A stretch of DNA of 64,000 nucleotides from Eledone cirrhosa (GCA_964016885.1 OZ024752.1:24242001-24306000), one strand, 5' to 3'. Shown: positions 28,221 to 51,442, numbered from the stretch's first letter. The notes: generated from the sequence alone by a model not told the origin. A program made the numbers and translations.

Positions 28221-30058
28221 CAACAACTACAGCTAAACTACCACCACCACCAGCTAAACTACCACCACCACCACCACCACCAGCAGCAGCTAAACTACCA
28301 ACACCACCACCACCAGCTAAACCACCAACACCACCACCACAACCAGCTAAGCTACCACCACCACCACCAGCTAAACTACCACTAACACTGCCACCAACTA
28401 AACTACCACCACTGCCAGCTAAACTACCAACACCACCACCAGCTAAACTACCACCAACACCACTACCAGCTAATCTACCACCAAAACCACCACCAGCTAA
28501 ACTACCACCAACACTACCACTGCCACTACCACCAGCTAAACTACTACCAACACCAGCCCCACCACCACTAACAGCTAAACTAGAACCACCACCACCACCA
28601 GCTAAACTGCTACCAACACTACCACTGCCACTACCACCAGCTAAACTACCACCAACACTACCACCACCATCTAAACTACCACCACCACCACGAGCACCAG
28701 CTAAATTACCACCACCACCATCAGCTAAACTACCACCACCACCACCACCACCAGCTAAACTACCACCAACACCACCGCCATCAAAACTACCACCACCACT
28801 ACCACCATCACCAACTAAACTACCACCACCACCAGCTAAACAACCACCACCACATCTAAACTACCAACACCACCAACTAAACTACCACCACCAGGACCAC
28901 CACCAGCCAGACTACCAACACCACCACCACCACCAGCTAAACTACTACCACCACCATCACCACCAGCTATACTACCACCACCATCACCACCATCACCACC
29001 CTCACCACCATCACAACCACCACCATCACCAGCATCACGACCATCACCACCACCACCACCACCAGCTAAACTACCACCACCACCACCACCAACACCACCA
29101 GCAAAACTACCACCACCATCACCAGCTAAACAACCAACACCACCACCACCAGCTAAACTAGCACCCCACCAGCTAAACTAGCACCCCACCAGCTAAACTA
29201 CCAACATCACCACCACCAGCTAAACTACAACAAACACCACTACCAGCTAAACTACAAACACCACCACCACCAGCTAAACTACTACCAACACTACCACTGC
29301 CACTACCACCAGCTATACTCCCACCAACACCACCACCATCTAAACTACCACCACCACCACCAGCACCAGCTAAACTACCACCACCACCATCAGCTAAACT
29401 GCCACCACCACCACCATCTTAACTACCATGACAACCACCATGACCACCAATGCCACTACCACCAGCTAAACTACCACCACCAGCTAAACTAGCACCACCA
29501 CCACCAGCTAAAACTACCACTAACACCGCCACTAACTAAACTACCACCACCGCCAGCTAAACTACCAAAACCACTACCAGCTAAACTACCACCACAACCA
29601 CCACCAGCTAAACTACCACCAACACCACTGCCAGCTAAATTAGCACCAACACCACCAGCACCAGCTAAATAACCACCACCAACACCACGAGCTAAGCTAC
29701 CACTAACACCACTACCAGCTAAACTACCACGAACACCACCACCAGCTAATCTACCACCACCACCACCAGCTAAACTACCACCGCCACTACCACCAGCTAA
29801 ACTACCACCAACACCACCGCCATCAAAACTACCAACACCACTAGCACCACCACCAACTAAACTACCACCACCACCACCACCAGCTAAACTACCACCAGCA
29901 CCACCACCAGCTAAACTACCATCACCACCACCACCAACACCACCAGCTAAACTACCACTACCACCACCACCACCACCACCACCAACTAAACTACCACCAC
30001 CATCGCCACCACCACAAGCACCAGCTAAACTACCTCCACCACCACCAGCTAAACTACC

Positions 30059-30090
<32 letters not shown>

Positions 30091-30409
30091 CAACTACAGC
30101 TAAACTACCACCACCACCAGCTAAACTACCACCAACACCACTACCAGCTAATCTACCACCAAAACCACCACCAGCTAAACTACCACCACTACCACCAGCT
30201 AAACTACCACCAACACTACCACCGCCACTACCACCAGCTAAACTACTACCAACACCACCCCCACCACTAGCTAAACTATCACTACCACCACCACCACCAC
30301 CAGCTAAACTACAACCACCACCACCAGCTAAACTAGCACCACCACAACCACCAACTAAACTACCACCAACAGGATCACCAGCTACACTACCACCACCACC
30401 ACAACCACC
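20895..30409. repeat. 9.5-kb compound minisatellite (CCA)n punctuated by GCTAAACTA
   Basis: Hundreds of CCAGCTAAACTA(CCA)n units with extreme C/A strand skew and recurrent higher-order blocks. Confidence 0.97.
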
Positions 30410-30497
30410 ATATATACATATATATATACATATATATATATACATATATATATATACATATATATATATATACATATATATATACATATATATATAC

Positions 30498-30547
<50 letters not shown>

Positions 30548-30553
<6 letters not shown>

Positions 30554-30940
30554 GTGAGGTTTTTTTTACAAAATGAAAAATAACCGAGGTGTCCTACACG
30601 AGTGGAAGTATAAAGAAAAAGGGATGAAATCGAAAATGCAACTGAAGTCTTATTTTTTTATTTTTTTAAAAATATATATATTTATTTGGTTCCTTTACCG
30701 GTTTCGCAGTTCTTCTGCTTTTCAAAAGGTGAGTTGAGATGGAGGGTCTGTGGTTTTTCTCACATCTGGTTGTTCTCTAAATGTTACTTGTTTTATATGG
30801 AAAAACTGGCTCGAAAACCAGGTTTTTCGAGAAGTAATTTGATTGGTTTGTCAATAATTATAATAAATTTCCCGCCAAATAAATATATATATTTAAAAAA
30901 AAATAAGACTTCAGTTGCATTTTCGATTTCATCCCTTTTT

Positions 30941-30945
<5 letters not shown>
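30548..30945. mobile_element. Non-autonomous pLTR-like island with ~75-bp inverted arms
   Basis: 30611-30689 is the reverse complement of 30875-30945. The island is embedded in (TA)n and contains a hammerhead motif. Confidence 0.7.
30692..30729 (-). ncRNA. Minimal type-I hammerhead ribozyme motif, U3-A8 variant
   Basis: CCUU-UUGAAAA-GCAG agaa-loop CUGC-GAAA-CCGG-UA/AAGG, with palindromic stem III CCGG. Confidence 0.75.
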
Positions 30946-31028
<83 letters not shown>

Positions 31029-31084
31029 CGTAAAATAAGAAAATTAAAAAAAAATTTTTTTAAATTAACTTACTAAAATTTTCA

Positions 31085-31164
31085 CTCCAACTAATTAGTT
31101 TCTGCAATGGTATAAAGACAGTTACGTAATGAACTGTTGAGAATTTCATTGCGTCATCAGGGAG
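31085..31164 (-). ncRNA. Type-I hammerhead motif with enlarged stem II
   Basis: CUCC-CUGAUGA-C GCAAUG...CAUUGC A-GAAA-CUAAUUAG-UU/GGAG. Confidence 0.78.
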
Positions 31165-32111
31165 GTCTATTCTCAGCCAAGTCTCCAGGCAATGCGCGGA
31201 CACTGGGGACTCATATAAAAATAATAATAATTCGGTAAATGGAACAGCTATCGGGGACTGGATTCCAAGTACTGAAAATCTCGCTGCCACTGGTCAAATG
31301 GCCGATTCTAAAGAATCAATGAGGTGACACTGAGGCTAGTCGGTAGGAGTGGGATGGTAAGATGACAGACGCCTACTAACACACCAAAAATTTAGTAGTG
31401 GTTTTGGCAGGTTTGCTCGACAAATCAGTGATTTGGAGATAAATATAGATAATTTAATATATCTACTAACATAAGCGCACAGATGTACGCTAATGCCAGC
31501 AAATACACAGGTTATGTCATAGTACCTAGGTGGTTCAATGCAGGAGGATGCAGAACAATAATATAATAGACGTAAAATAAGAATGAAATTCTCAACAGTT
31601 CATTACGTAACTGTCTTTATCCCATTGCAGAAACTAATTAGTTGGAGTGAAAATTTAAGTAAGTTAATTCTTTAACATTTTTAAAAAAAATTTTCTTACT
31701 TTACGTCTTTTATATTATTGTTCTGCATCCTCCTGCATTGAACCACCTAGGTACTATGACATAACCTGTGTATTTGCTGGCATTAGCGTACATCTGTGCG
31801 CTTATGTTAGTAGATATATTAAATTATCTATATTTATCTCCAAATCACTGATTTGTCGAGCAAACCTGCCAAAACCACTACTAAATTTTTGGTGTGTTAG
31901 TAGGCGTCTGTCATCTTACCATCCCACTCCTACCGACTAGCCTCAGTGTCACGTCATTGATTCTTTAGAATCGGCCATTTGACCAGTGGCAGCGAGATTT
32001 TCAGTACTTGGAATCCAGTCCCCGATAGCTGTTCCATTTACCGAATTATTATTATTTTTATATGAGTCCCCAGTGTCCGCGCATTGCCTGGAGACTTGGC
32101 TGAAAATAGAC

Positions 32112-32191
32112 CTCCCTGATGACGCAATGAAATTCTCAACAGTTCATTACGTAACTGTCTTTATCCCATTGCAGAAACTAATTGGTTGGAG
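32112..32191 (+). ncRNA. Type-I hammerhead motif with enlarged stem II
   Basis: CUCC-CUGAUGA-C GCAAUG...CAUUGC A-GAAA-CUAAUUGG-UU/GGAG. Confidence 0.75.
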
Positions 32192-32372
32192 TGAAAATTT
32201 TAGTAAGTAAGTTAATTTTTAAAAACTTTTTTTAAATTTTCTTATTTTACGTCTTTTATATTATTGTTCTGCATCCTCCTGCATTGAACCACCTAGGTAC
32301 TATGACATAACCTGTGTATTTGCTGGCATTAGCGTACATCTGTGCGCTTATGTTAGTAGATATATTAAATTA

Positions 32373-32425
<53 letters not shown>

Positions 32426-32427
32426 TA

Positions 32428-32476
<49 letters not shown>

Positions 32477-32477
<1 letters not shown>

Positions 32478-33356
32478 TAGCATTAAAGCCCGGCGTTGCT
32501 CGGGGTCATTAAGTTACCAAAGTTAGGTTGCACCACCCATTTTATGGCAGCACTTTTTTGTCTGCCAGGCACTGGGTGAATGAATTGTAGACCTGGAAGC
32601 ATGAGCTGCGCCAGCAGTGACAATTTTAGTTTCGCCTATGGATATTATCTCTGTGCAAAAAAGTGTTGAAATTTATTGTTTCACAGTACAGACGATGCCA
32701 GCCGAACAACAGAGCTGCGATGGAGTTGTTCTGCATGGTTGTCTGTGTGTTTTCTAAATTTAAGACAGTAGGGAGGGTTGTGATATGAGGGAGAGTTAGC
32801 TGTTGTTTCTAGCAGGTTTAGTGACCTCATAGAGGATATGTGTTTTCTAAATTTAAGACAGTAGGGAGTGGTGTGATATGGCGGAGAGTTAGCTGCTGTT
32901 TCTAGCAGGTCTAGTGACCTCATAGACGATATGTTTTCTAAATTTAAGACAGTAGGGAGGGGTGTGATATGGGGGAGAGTTAGCTGCTGTTTCTAGCAGG
33001 TTTAGTAACCTCATAGTGGATATGTGTTTTCTAAATTTAAGACAGTAGGGAGTGGTGTGAACGGACAGTATCACCATCAAGTTTGGAAAGAGAAAGTAGC
33101 ACAAAGTATGAAGTTGTATAGATTTTGAATGGTAGTAGAAAGAGTTCAGCAGTTTAAATGAGAGAGAAAAATCGTAAAATATTGAGTTTTAACTATTTTT
33201 TGCGTAATTGTGGGTGAAATTGAAAGAATTATCTCCGTCAAGACGCAATCGAAACTATTTCTAATTCTGAATTGTAAATTTCAATTGAAGAAATTCTATA
33301 TCGTAGATTTCTATAACGAAGGAGCATGACCACACACTGAGCTTTATAGATTATGA
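32477..33356 (-). mobile_element. Non-autonomous Helitron with internal ~93-bp tandem repeats
   Basis: 3' CTAG|T at 32477 with the hairpin CCCG-gcgttgct-CGGG, and 5' TC at ~33356. About 3.4 units starting tgttttctaaatttaagacagtaggga lie at 32746-33060. Confidence 0.78.
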
Positions 33357-33357
33357 T

Positions 33358-33410
<53 letters not shown>

Positions 33411-33474
33411 AATATATACATTTACATATATATATATATACATATATGTATATATATATATACATATATATATA

Positions 33475-33551
<77 letters not shown>

Positions 33552-33566
33552 GTACATATACATATA

Positions 33567-33653
<87 letters not shown>

Positions 33654-33689
33654 CATATAAATATATACATTTACATATATATATATACA

Positions 33690-33782
<93 letters not shown>

Positions 33783-33786
33783 GTAC

Positions 33787-33856
<70 letters not shown>

Positions 33857-34021
33857 AATTTATATCTAGTAACATTTATATACACACAGATGCATATCAA
33901 TGCTAGCAAATATATAGGTTTGTCTTATTAACAATGTGGTTCAATGCATGGGGTTGCACAACAATAATATGAGAGACGTAAAATAAGAAAATTATAAAAT
34001 TAACTTACTTACTAAAAAATC

Positions 34022-34104
34022 ACTTCCAACTAATTAGTTTCTGGAATGGAGTAAATATATTTTCCGAAGAAACCTATAGAAAATCATTCCGTCATCAGGA
34101 AAGT
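34022..34104 (-). ncRNA. Type-I hammerhead motif with enlarged stem II
   Basis: Mirror of 34560-34642. Confidence 0.78.
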
Positions 34105-34559
34105 CTTTTTCCGTATAGGTCTCCAGGCAATAGCGAGGACACTGGAAACTTATTAAAAAATAATTCAGTGGAATGGAAATAGCGAAGCGTGGACTGGAAT
34201 CCAAGCCATTGAGAAAATCACTGCCTCTTCGTCTGTGGCAAATTCAAAAAGAATCAATCACGTGACATCGAGGTCAATCGGTGGAAAGCGAGTGGTTATT
34301 AAGACAGCGGCTAGCAATATTTGGCCATGACTGCTACTATGGTAGTAAGCTAGCCGCTGTCTTAATAACCACTCGCTTTCCACTGATTGACCTCGATGTC
34401 ACGTGATTGATTCTTTTTGAATTTGCCACAGACGAAGAGGCAGTGATTTTCTCAATGGCTTGGATTCCAGGCAACGCTTCGCTATTTCCATTCCACTGAA
34501 TTATTTTTTTAATTAGTTTCCAGTGTCCTCGCTATGCCTGGAGACCTATACGGAAAAAG

Positions 34560-34642
34560 ACTTTCCTGATGACGGAATGATTTTCAATATGTTTCTTCTG
34601 AAAACATATTTACTCCATTCCAGAAACTAATTAGTTGGAAGT
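34560..34642 (+). ncRNA. Type-I hammerhead motif with enlarged stem II
   Basis: ACUUUC-CUGAUGA-C GGAAUG...CAUUCC A-GAAA-CUAAUUAG-UU/GGAAGU. Confidence 0.8.
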
Positions 34643-34886
34643 GATTTTTTAGTAAGTAAGTTAATTTTATAATTTTCTTATTTTACGTCTCTCATATTAT
34701 TGTTCTGCAACCCCATGCATTGAACCACATTGTTAATAAGACAAAACCTATATATTTGCTAGCATTGATATGCATCTGTGTGTATATAAATGTTACTAGA
34801 TATAAATTCCTTATAATTATCTCCAATTCATTTGTCGAGCAATATATATATGTATATATATATATACATATGTGTGTGTGTGTGTA

Positions 34887-34928
<42 letters not shown>

Positions 34929-35784
34929 TGTGTATGTGTATATATATATATTTAGTTATGTATCTTTATGTGTGTATATATATGTATATGTATGTATATA
35001 TATATGTACCCATTTGGAGGTAGGAGTACATATTCGTGTGTGTATGTATGTGTATATGTGTTTTTATATGTGTCTTTATATGTTTTTATGTATGTGGATG
35101 TATATGTACATGGGTGTGTGATTGATGGTGTGTGCCTATATATTCCTACATATGCCCGTGTGTGTGTGTACGTATATACGCACATATGTGTGTGTTGAAC
35201 AAAGGACTAATTTTGGGATGGACGTAGAAAAATTCTTCAGACAAAAATAATTGTTTACAAGCTTGGCAGGTGCGGTTTGTCTATGACCATTCTCGATACA
35301 AAGGAATACTAAAAGCTTTTTCCCCTGAATAAAGGAATTTTTCGAGAATGACCGGGGCAGGCCGCGCTTGCTACATTTCTCCCCACCCAACCCTACTCAC
35401 TGTCTCAACTCATTACTGCTATTAACATTTTTTCAACACACCAACACCCCTACACTTATTAAAGGGGGAGAAAAAACCCCCACCGCACCACAAACATGTT
35501 AAATCCTTATATATGGAACATCACACCACATACACATCAGTTTGACAAGCGCACCTCAGCCTGAAACGTCTTTCTAAAAACGAAACAATACCTCCTACGT
35601 TAACCAAGAACTCCTAAGACCTAACCAACAACCAACGACTCAATTTATAAAATTTAAAAAAAAAATTAAAAAAATTTTTTCTAATCCGGAAAAAAATTCT
35701 TTTTGGATTTTGTGAAGAAAATAAATTTGTTGAAAGCACAAGTGAAGCCATTTTTTTCTTCCCCCCTGTTTTAATATATATATA

Positions 35785-35933
<149 letters not shown>

Positions 35934-35942
35934 CATATATAC

Positions 35943-36006
<64 letters not shown>

Positions 36007-36529
36007 GTTTACATATATATATATACATACATACATATACGTGTTTTGCAACGGGTCACTTTGTGGCTCAATGAAAAGTTAATAAATTAAATAATCAGAG
36101 CTATATATGATAAAACATGTCTATAGATTCACCAGATGAAATATATACCATTTCCTCTCCCAATTAGCATAATTAACTATATAAAAAATCGAATAGACCA
36201 GGCTATAAGAATAAGGCTTCTATGAAGAAATCTCCAACAAATAACCGAAACTAGCCCTTCGCGTCGGCCGCGACGGAATATTTATCGAATATTTCGACAG
36301 CGTAATCGCCCAGATACAGTCAATTAAACAAAATTAGGTGTAAAATAAACTAGGAGAAAATAGAATACATTTATTTACCTCTTTCCATGGTTTCGGCCGC
36401 ATTTTGAGATTTACAATAACTTTGGAACTCGAGCATCGGACTCACCTCCTGCATATATATATATGTATATATATGTATATATATATATATATGTGTGTAT
36501 ATATATATATGTATATATATATATACATG

Positions 36530-36677
<148 letters not shown>

Positions 36678-36914
36678 ATATATTTAGAAACACACAGATA
36701 CATGCGGACACACACATATACATGAATGCATCCGCACCCAACCGTGAGTTAAGGGTGCCAACTTCACCGAAGTTGCTCAATGAATGACTGGGACAGACCA
36801 ATCCGGTTGAACTAGACTGAACCAGTATCAGAGTTAAAAATACATTATGAAGAGAGAAGAAACATTTAGATATAATTAGTAATAAAATGTATCATACCTA
36901 AACTGCTCCTAGAT

Positions 36915-37004
36915 TCCTCGACTACGTAGTTTCGTGGCATAAACAAAAACAATACATCATAAAGATATAGAGTCCTTGCGAGGTCTGCCGACTTATCAAG
37001 AGGA
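36915..37004 (-). ncRNA. Type-I hammerhead motif, U3-A8 variant
   Basis: Mirror of 37473-37562. Confidence 0.8.
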
Positions 37005-37472
37005 TACCTCATTTTACTAGTCTCAAGAACGCGTCTACACGACGTGAAAAAGAATCCCAAAAGGCGGAGGGGGAGATAGTCACGCGATATAACGGTCGAG
37101 AAACAGAGCTAAGCCTCTTATAACCCCGAAGAAAATACCACGGAGGCGGAGGGGGTATTTATATCGAAGCCGTAGAAGAGGTGGTGAAGGAGACGAGAAG
37201 TATGAGTAATAGAAGCTTTCCAGCAGTCCCCACACTTCAAAGATTGCTCGACCAGAGGGAGTTATTAACAATATATTTAGAAACACACAGATACATGCGG
37301 ACACACACATATACATGAATGCATCCGCACCCAACCGTGAGTTAAGGGTGCCAACTTCACCGATGTTGCTCTGTTTCTCGACCGTTATATCGCGTGACTA
37401 TCTCCCCCTCCGCGTTTTGGGATTCTTTCTCACGTCGTGTAGACGCGTTCTTGAGACTAGTAAAATGAGGTA

Positions 37473-37562
37473 TCCTCTTGATAAGTCGGCAGACCTCGCA
37501 AGGACTCTATATCTTTATGATGTATTGTTTTTGTTTATGCCACGAAACTACGTAGTCGAGGA
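37473..37562 (+). ncRNA. Type-I hammerhead motif, U3-A8 variant, long stem II
   Basis: UCCUC-UUGAUAA-GU(C)GGCA...UGCCAC-GAAA-CUACGUAG-UC/GAGGA, with palindromic stem III and a GUC triplet. Confidence 0.82.
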
Positions 37563-37799
37563 ATCTAGGAGCAGTTTAGGTATGATACATTTTATTACTA
37601 ATTATATCTAAATGTTTCTTCTCTCTTCATAATGTATTTTTAACTCTGATACTGGTTCAGTCTAGTTCAACCGGATTGGTCTGTCCCAGTCATTCATTGA
37701 GCAACTTCGGTGAAGTTGGCACCCTTAACTCACGGTTGGGTGCGGATGCATTCATGTATATGTGTGTGTCCGCATGTATCTGTGTGTTTCTAAATATAT

Positions 37800-37933
<134 letters not shown>

Positions 37934-38009
37934 CATGTATATATATATATACATATATATATATACACACATATATATATATATATACATATATATACAT
38001 ATATATATA

Positions 38010-38319
<310 letters not shown>

Positions 38320-38718
38320 TACATATAAATATATATATATATATACATATATAAATATCTTTAAGTCGTTTGGAAGCCTCGACAATGCAAATGGGTAAAT
38401 TTCCGGGTAACAAGGTTGGGTGGTGGAGAGAGAGATGTAGGTGGGTGTACGTTGAGATGCGTGGCGTGTATAAGATGTGTGAGATGTGTAGAATGAAGGG
38501 AAGAGTATAAAGGATAAAATAAAAATAACAACACAAGAGAGAGTTACCTTGGGAGAGATTTAATAGTCCCTATATATTTCGGATTCACATCCATCAACTG
38601 GGGTTTTTTTCCGGGGTGGGGGAAAATGTTGTCTGTCGGACAAGTACGGAACGCGTCCTTCACTGTTTGTTGTTTTGACACATTCCTACTGACCATCCCT
38701 CTACCACGAATTACTCTG

Positions 38719-38779
<61 letters not shown>

Positions 38780-39320
38780 TCTTAATAGGCATTTGAACTG
38801 CCGTCGCACACACATCCCTGCTAACCATTATCACAACAACGAACACTTTACTACTACTACTACACACACACACACACACACACATATTTGTTGTGAAAGA
38901 GTCATTTCTCAGTCAGCCGACACAAACCTACATTGGGCGCAAATCAATTTTTTACATTCACATGACCTCTACCGACCAATCAAAATTGTTTTGACCACAA
39001 GAATTTTTGCAACACGAATTGGCGCAAAACCTATTTTAATACCGCTGGAGCCAGTTTTTTAACATAAAAACAGGTAGAATTCCCAAAACTAATCAGATCA
39101 GAGCAAACATCACGGACGCTCAATCTCAAAATTATTTTTAAAAAGCATTAGAAATGCGCAACCGGTAAAGCTTAAATCCAAAACTGAATACTAACCAATA
39201 CAATTACTAATTCCCACTTATTCCTAATTAAACTATTTTTCACTGTGAACAATTTGTCAGCATTTTCTATTCCGTTTACCAATATATAATAACTTGTGTG
39301 TTACACCTCTATTCTTTTAA

Positions 39321-39768
<448 letters not shown>

Positions 39769-39784
39769 CATATATATATATATT

Positions 39785-39816
<32 letters not shown>

Positions 39817-39817
39817 C

Positions 39818-39870
<53 letters not shown>

Positions 39871-40110
39871 TATGTATACATATATACATATATATATATA
39901 CATATATATATACATACATATATACATATATATATATACATATATATATACATACATATATACATATATATATATACATATATATATACATACATATATA
40001 CATATATATATATACATATATATATAAATTGATGAGCAGAACAAACAAACATTAAACAATCCTTTAAATAAATATAATGCCAACTACCAGCTCGTATGAG
40101 TTATAGCCGT

Positions 40111-40216
<106 letters not shown>

Positions 40217-40223
40217 TATATAC

Positions 40224-40256
<33 letters not shown>

Positions 40257-40289
40257 CATATACATATACATATATATATATATATATGT

Positions 40290-41646
<1,357 letters not shown>

Positions 41647-41659
41647 CATATACATATAC

Positions 41660-41691
<32 letters not shown>

Positions 41692-41727
41692 ATATATACA
41701 TATACATATATATATATATACATATAC

Positions 41728-41798
<71 letters not shown>

Positions 41799-41805
41799 CA
41801 TATAC

Positions 41806-45711
<3,906 letters not shown>

Positions 45712-45726
45712 CATATACATATATTA

Positions 45727-48328
<2,602 letters not shown>

Positions 48329-48353
48329 TATACATATATATATATATACATAT

Positions 48354-48417
<64 letters not shown>

Positions 48418-48445
48418 ATATATACATATACATATATATATATAC

Positions 48446-48507
<62 letters not shown>

Positions 48508-48510
<3 letters not shown>

Positions 48511-49100
48511 GGAGGTGAGTTTTATTGTAGTACAATAAAGCAATGCAGATATCGGATAAGAAGCACTCTACAGTTTGTAGGACTGGAGTATACATAATAT
48601 ATAAGAACAAAAGATGGTTAAAAGAGTTCCATGTATTTTATTATGCGCATTTCAAAAACAAATATCATCATGCAATAATATTTGTGTTTTCATTAGATAA
48701 AAGAGGGAGACATGATATGAAGGTTAAAAAACACTTGTGGATAGTGCAGTTTTAAATCAACATATGAAAAGTAGTTTTAGATTGATGTGTGATATCGGGA
48801 AAAATATTTTATTTTGAGGGGGGGGGGGGGGGGGCGTGAAAAAGAGGAGGAGATGAGAGTAAAAAGTGGAGAGGGAGGAGTATAATGAGGAAGGATGAGA
48901 TAGGAGGAGAGATGGGTGATAGAGAGAGAGAGATAGCTTTTATAACTGAGAAAGATATTTTGTTTTACATAGAGAGGTTGAAAACCGTTGGAAGATAACG
49001 TATAAATTAAAAGAATTTGAAAATTAACGGAGAGAAAAATAATGTAAAGTTAAGGTTTGTATATTGAGGGGTTTAATAATATGTGCGTTAAAAAAAAAAA
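48508..49100 (-). mobile_element. pLTR-like non-coding island
   Basis: Sits in (TA)n, shares its end with 38010-38144 and contains a hammerhead fold. Confidence 0.65.
48636..48702 (-). ncRNA. Hammerhead motif with G5->A (probably inactive copy)
   Basis: UUUUAU-CUAAUGA-AAACACAAAUAU...AUAUUUGUUUUU-GAAA-UGCGCA-UA/AUAAAA. Confidence 0.68.
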
Positions 49101-49164
49101 ATATATATATATACATATACATATATATACATATACATATATATATATATATATACATATTCAT

Positions 49165-49198
<34 letters not shown>

Positions 49199-49229
49199 AC
49201 ATATACATATATATATATACATATTCATA

Positions 49230-49623
<394 letters not shown>

Positions 49624-49626
49624 AAC

Positions 49627-50011
<385 letters not shown>

Positions 50012-50027
50012 TATATATATATATTTG

Positions 50028-50218
<191 letters not shown>

Positions 50219-50258
50219 GAATATGTATATATATATATATGTATATGTATATATATGA

Positions 50259-50306
<48 letters not shown>

Positions 50307-50307
50307 G

Positions 50308-50338
<31 letters not shown>

Positions 50339-50376
50339 GAATATGTATATATATATATATATGTATATGTATATAT

Positions 50377-51182
50377 ATTCCAACTAGATGTTACAGTAAA
50401 GTGAACGTTCAATATTTCTGTTTTATAAACATATAAAACAGAAATATTGAACGTTCACTTTACTGTAACCATCGTTTGAAAACGACTTATTCTTTTTTTA
50501 AATGCATGTAATGTTATCTTTTTACACCACCGTTTGCATATTTCTGTTTTATATGTTTATACACACGATATGGCTTTCTACAATAATAGTACTAAACACT
50601 GTTTTTTGGACCCCTTTAGAAATAACCTGCTACTATAATAGCCCCAATAACTTGTCTGTAACTCTGTACCACTTTGACCCCTTTAACTAAATTTTGTCCA
50701 AACAACACCACTAGAAGAATTTACTTCCCCCGCCAACCCTAACACGCCTCATTAAGCTAACTGCTGCCAAAGCACTCTCTCCCTACAATCTCTACTACTC
50801 TGACAGTCTTAAATCCGAAGACTCCCTCCCCCTTACTCGCTCCCCCTCTTCCCCTTCCCTTCCTACCTCCTTCTTTATCTTATATCTAGTGTATAAAATA
50901 TTTTCATATCATTCTACTACAAAGGTCTGACGACATGGTGTGTTTTCTTTACAGTGTACGTACGATTTATGATAATATTTTTATATTATTCAAATAGCAA
51001 GGTATAGGTAACCCATACACTATAGAAACAATTGTTACCTAATAAATTCTTTATAGCCGCATTTCCGTTTCATAAACTTCTCCATATTTTCTCCGGATTT
51101 TAAAACACACTTTATTATCCGTTGAGCAATCTCCGACGTCGGTTGACTCCATCCAATGCGACTACTTAGTAACATTGGAATA
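50377..51182 (+). mobile_element. pLTR-like island with short inverted ends, a 5' hairpin (50392-50470) and a hammerhead
   Basis: attccaa..tgttac and gtaacattggaat form the termini, within (TA)n. Confidence 0.65.
50923..51040 (+). ncRNA. Type-I hammerhead motif with ~90-nt stem II domain
   Basis: AGGU-CUGACGA-C AUGGUG...CACUAU A-GAAA-CAAUUG-UU/ACCU, immediately followed by AAUAAA. Confidence 0.75.
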
Positions 51183-51189
51183 CAAATTT

Positions 51190-51313
<124 letters not shown>

Positions 51314-51442
51314 ATTTATATATATATATAGAGAGAGAGAAAATTGAGGTTGGTAATGGCACATGGAATATATAAGAGACAGAATACTTTTTTGTGAAAA
51401 AACATATAATTTTATAAGGTAAGGAAATAATAAAGGGTATAA

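Larger units (their letters stand above)
31023..32373. mobile_element. Retrozyme-like element: ~544-bp unit, tandem on + (31583-32373) and inverted on - (31023-31582)
   Basis: atgaaattctcaacag recurs at 31583 and 32127. The left arm is the reverse complement of a circular permutation of the unit. Flanks are (TA)n/(CT)n. Confidence 0.85.
33850..34841. mobile_element. Near-perfect ~465-bp-arm palindrome; diverged relative of the 31-32 kb family
   Basis: Arms 33850-34315 and 34349-34815 with a 33-bp spacer. It shares ttttcttattttacgtct, cattgaaccac and atttgtcgagcaa with the 31-32 kb unit. Confidence 0.88.

Noticed and set aside
20895-30409. Telomeric or interstitial telomere array
   Set aside because: No TTAGGG or TTAGG units; the TTTAGC similarity is superficial.
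20871-30511. Pro/His-rich (PPPAKL) and Gly-rich ORFs resembling extensin or glycine-rich proteins
   Set aside because: Translations of the (CCA)n minisatellite, with frequent phase slips, no signal peptide and no unique domain.
31060-32210. Duplicated 74-76-aa ORFs (MAARFSVLG...) and similar ORFs at 36866-37611
   Set aside because: They recur only because the DNA is duplicated. Several use non-ATG starts, they overlap ribozyme folds, and they are not preserved in the related 34-kb family.
35197-35772. Non-coding island searched for a hammerhead (ctgaaac..gaaac; gtgaaga..gaaag)
   Set aside because: No consistent set of three stems found. Origin unresolved.
36377-36440. GAAA-CCAUGG half-hammerhead on the minus strand
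   Set aside because: No U at position 16.1, and the 5' half is replaced by the inversion junction, so it cannot be called.
38560-38605. UUGAU-GGAU guga AUCC-GAAA-UAUAUA on the minus strand
   Set aside because: Core too short, and no cleavage triplet or stem I.
39135-39171. Hammerhead-like UUAAAAA-GCAU..AUGC-GCAA-CCGG-UA
   Set aside because: Two core lesions (G5 and A13). Kept only as a probable dead relative of the 30692 motif.
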